A stretch of 64,000 bases of DNA. Origin: Azolla caroliniana (lineage: Eukaryota > Plantae > Polypodiophyta). This document shows positions 62,351-64,000 of this stretch, in pieces. The stretch is taken from assembly GCA_043228905.1 (NCBI GenBank), contig JBHGNT010000003.1, forward strand, positions 15,376,001-15,440,000, given 5' to 3'. Every line of letters starts with the position of its first letter. The stretch's first letter is position 1. The notes beneath the pieces were generated by a model that saw nothing but the letters and a program-made list of their open reading frames with translations, was not told the origin of the DNA and made no database searches. The translations under genes were made by a program, and so were the position numbers.

Positions 62351-64000
62351 GAAAGAAGAAAGAAAGAAAAATTAACATCTTTTAAGAGGCAAAAAGGGCC
62401 TATAAGCGAACAAGAGGTTACATCTTAAGTATGAAAGAAAATGTAACTTCTTTTAAATGTCCAAAATGGTCTAGGATACCAATCAATACATTGTAAAATA
62501 TTGTCTCATCTTTGAGAACAACAAAGCAAATGAAAGAATGAAGAAGATAGATTTAACTGGATTATCTGGAGGCAATTAGAGAGCATGAACGTTTCCTTTT
62601 CACCACTTCAAGAAGGTTGATTGGGATGGACCATGGATGCTTGGTTCTTTGTGAACCAAAAACCTTTTTTTGAACTGAGAACAAATACTTTGATTGATGA
62701 CCAGTTATATTTGTTTGAAAAGTTTTGAGGGATTGGAAAATAAGAAAGTTTGAAAATCAGAGAGATGGGGATGAGAAGTGATTCCAGATGGCATGCCCAT
62801 CCTATAAGGCCAAACTCTTTGTATGGAGTTGATTCTTACATTACATTGTGGTTTCTTTTTTTGTTTTCTCTGTACAATGTCACCCAAGATAGTATTCACA
62901 CATTGTTCATTTTCCAATTAACCATCATTTGTGGATGCTTTTTAATTACTTGAGTTTCTTTATCTCTATTTTAGTGGGGATTTTGCTCAACTGAATTCAT
63001 CAATAGCGTGTCATCAGTACTATTTTTTAATTTGATTATCTTTGATATTGGGGATTATTTCATGATTGGTAGACTCACAATGCATCCCTTTTTTATGCTA
63101 TGGCACTGTGTGAAATGCTAGAAATATTGAGAATTGGCTTGATAGGCATATAGAGTTACACTCATAGAGATGTATATGTGTCAATAGAAAGTTTCTATTA
63201 CATATGAGAGTAGCTCACAATGGTAGTCCTCCCATGCGCTCACACCCTAGAGCATAGATGGGATCTAGACTAATCGACTACATAGTTAGTTGACACAGAT
63301 AATAGTCGCAGCAGCCGTGCAAGAGAAATAGGGCGTATACTTATGGTATGTTTGATCGTATTGTCAAATTAAATGTGCAAGTCAATTGATGGAAGTGAGG
63401 ATATTCCTTTTTTCTGTCAACTGACTTGTGGTTTAATATGACCTAGCTCCATGGATGCAAGCTAGTTCTAGTTAGTAATTATCTTAAAGTCAATGGCACA
63501 TACTTCAAGACTAAGTATATCTTAACCTACCAATAGAGAATATTCTTCTAGTCAACCTGACTAGTCAATCTCATTACCCTACTTCCCTCTTTCGTAAATA
63601 CATTTTGTTCTACTCATTTACAGTTTCTCACATTGACACCTCATATGGTCAGGTTGCACAATAGCTACTCATTTGGGCTGTTATCACAAAATGTTGACTC
63701 TAAGAATACATTTGGCGATAAACTGACAACTTGGGGGTGATCATTGACCATATCTTACAAGTATTTGTGGAAGTATTTGTGGCATCAATGTGTGTGCTAG
63801 GACAGTGAACCAGTCATCCAATGTGAATAAAACTTCATACACTGTTGAATTACATACTTCAGCTATTCTTGAAATAAAAATATAGGCTTGTTCATGGTAT
63901 CCATGTTTTCAGATCATACAGTATACTCTGCATACATGGCCTCACTTCGATCATATAGTATACTTTGTGCGCCACATGTGTGTGCATTAAAACATCGAAC

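Noticed and set aside
63755-63800. Possible AUG6 exon 4 (FVE..)
   Set aside because: Does not give FVELLWQLS in frame; explained by a short direct repeat AAGTATTTGTGG

Overview
Plant nuclear DNA, very probably from a fern: organelle-derived fragments here carry the monilophyte-type introns nad1i258g2 and atp1i361g2 and both C-to-U and U-to-C pre-editing states. Positions 1-53.8 kb are a deeply nested retroelement pile. It contains at least five Ty1/copia elements, tRNA-Trp-primed Ty3/gypsy elements with 4-bp TSDs and a -1 frameshift, an Arg-primed gypsy with a long extra ORF, a non-autonomous LTR element, and a Penelope-like RT with a 3' hammerhead ribozyme. Also in this stretch are a tRNA-Asp-derived tandem array and a ~3.2-kb mosaic of short mitochondrial and plastid fragments. 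The right end holds a sugar-transporter relic, a ~147-bp tandem repeat and the first three coding exons of an AUGMIN subunit 6 (AUG6/HAUS6) gene, with LINE debris in the intron. The most striking observation concerns two LTR elements with unrelated LTRs (21930-31851 and 35401-38517). Neither has a polypurine tract before the 3' LTR. Both instead carry the same 39-nt motif, which reads as the 3' end of a tRNA-Arg including CCA, i.e. a second, inverted primer-binding site. This suggests tRNA-primed or tRNA-mimic-primed plus-strand synthesis. All identifications were made by eye and from recalled family knowledge; no searches were run.
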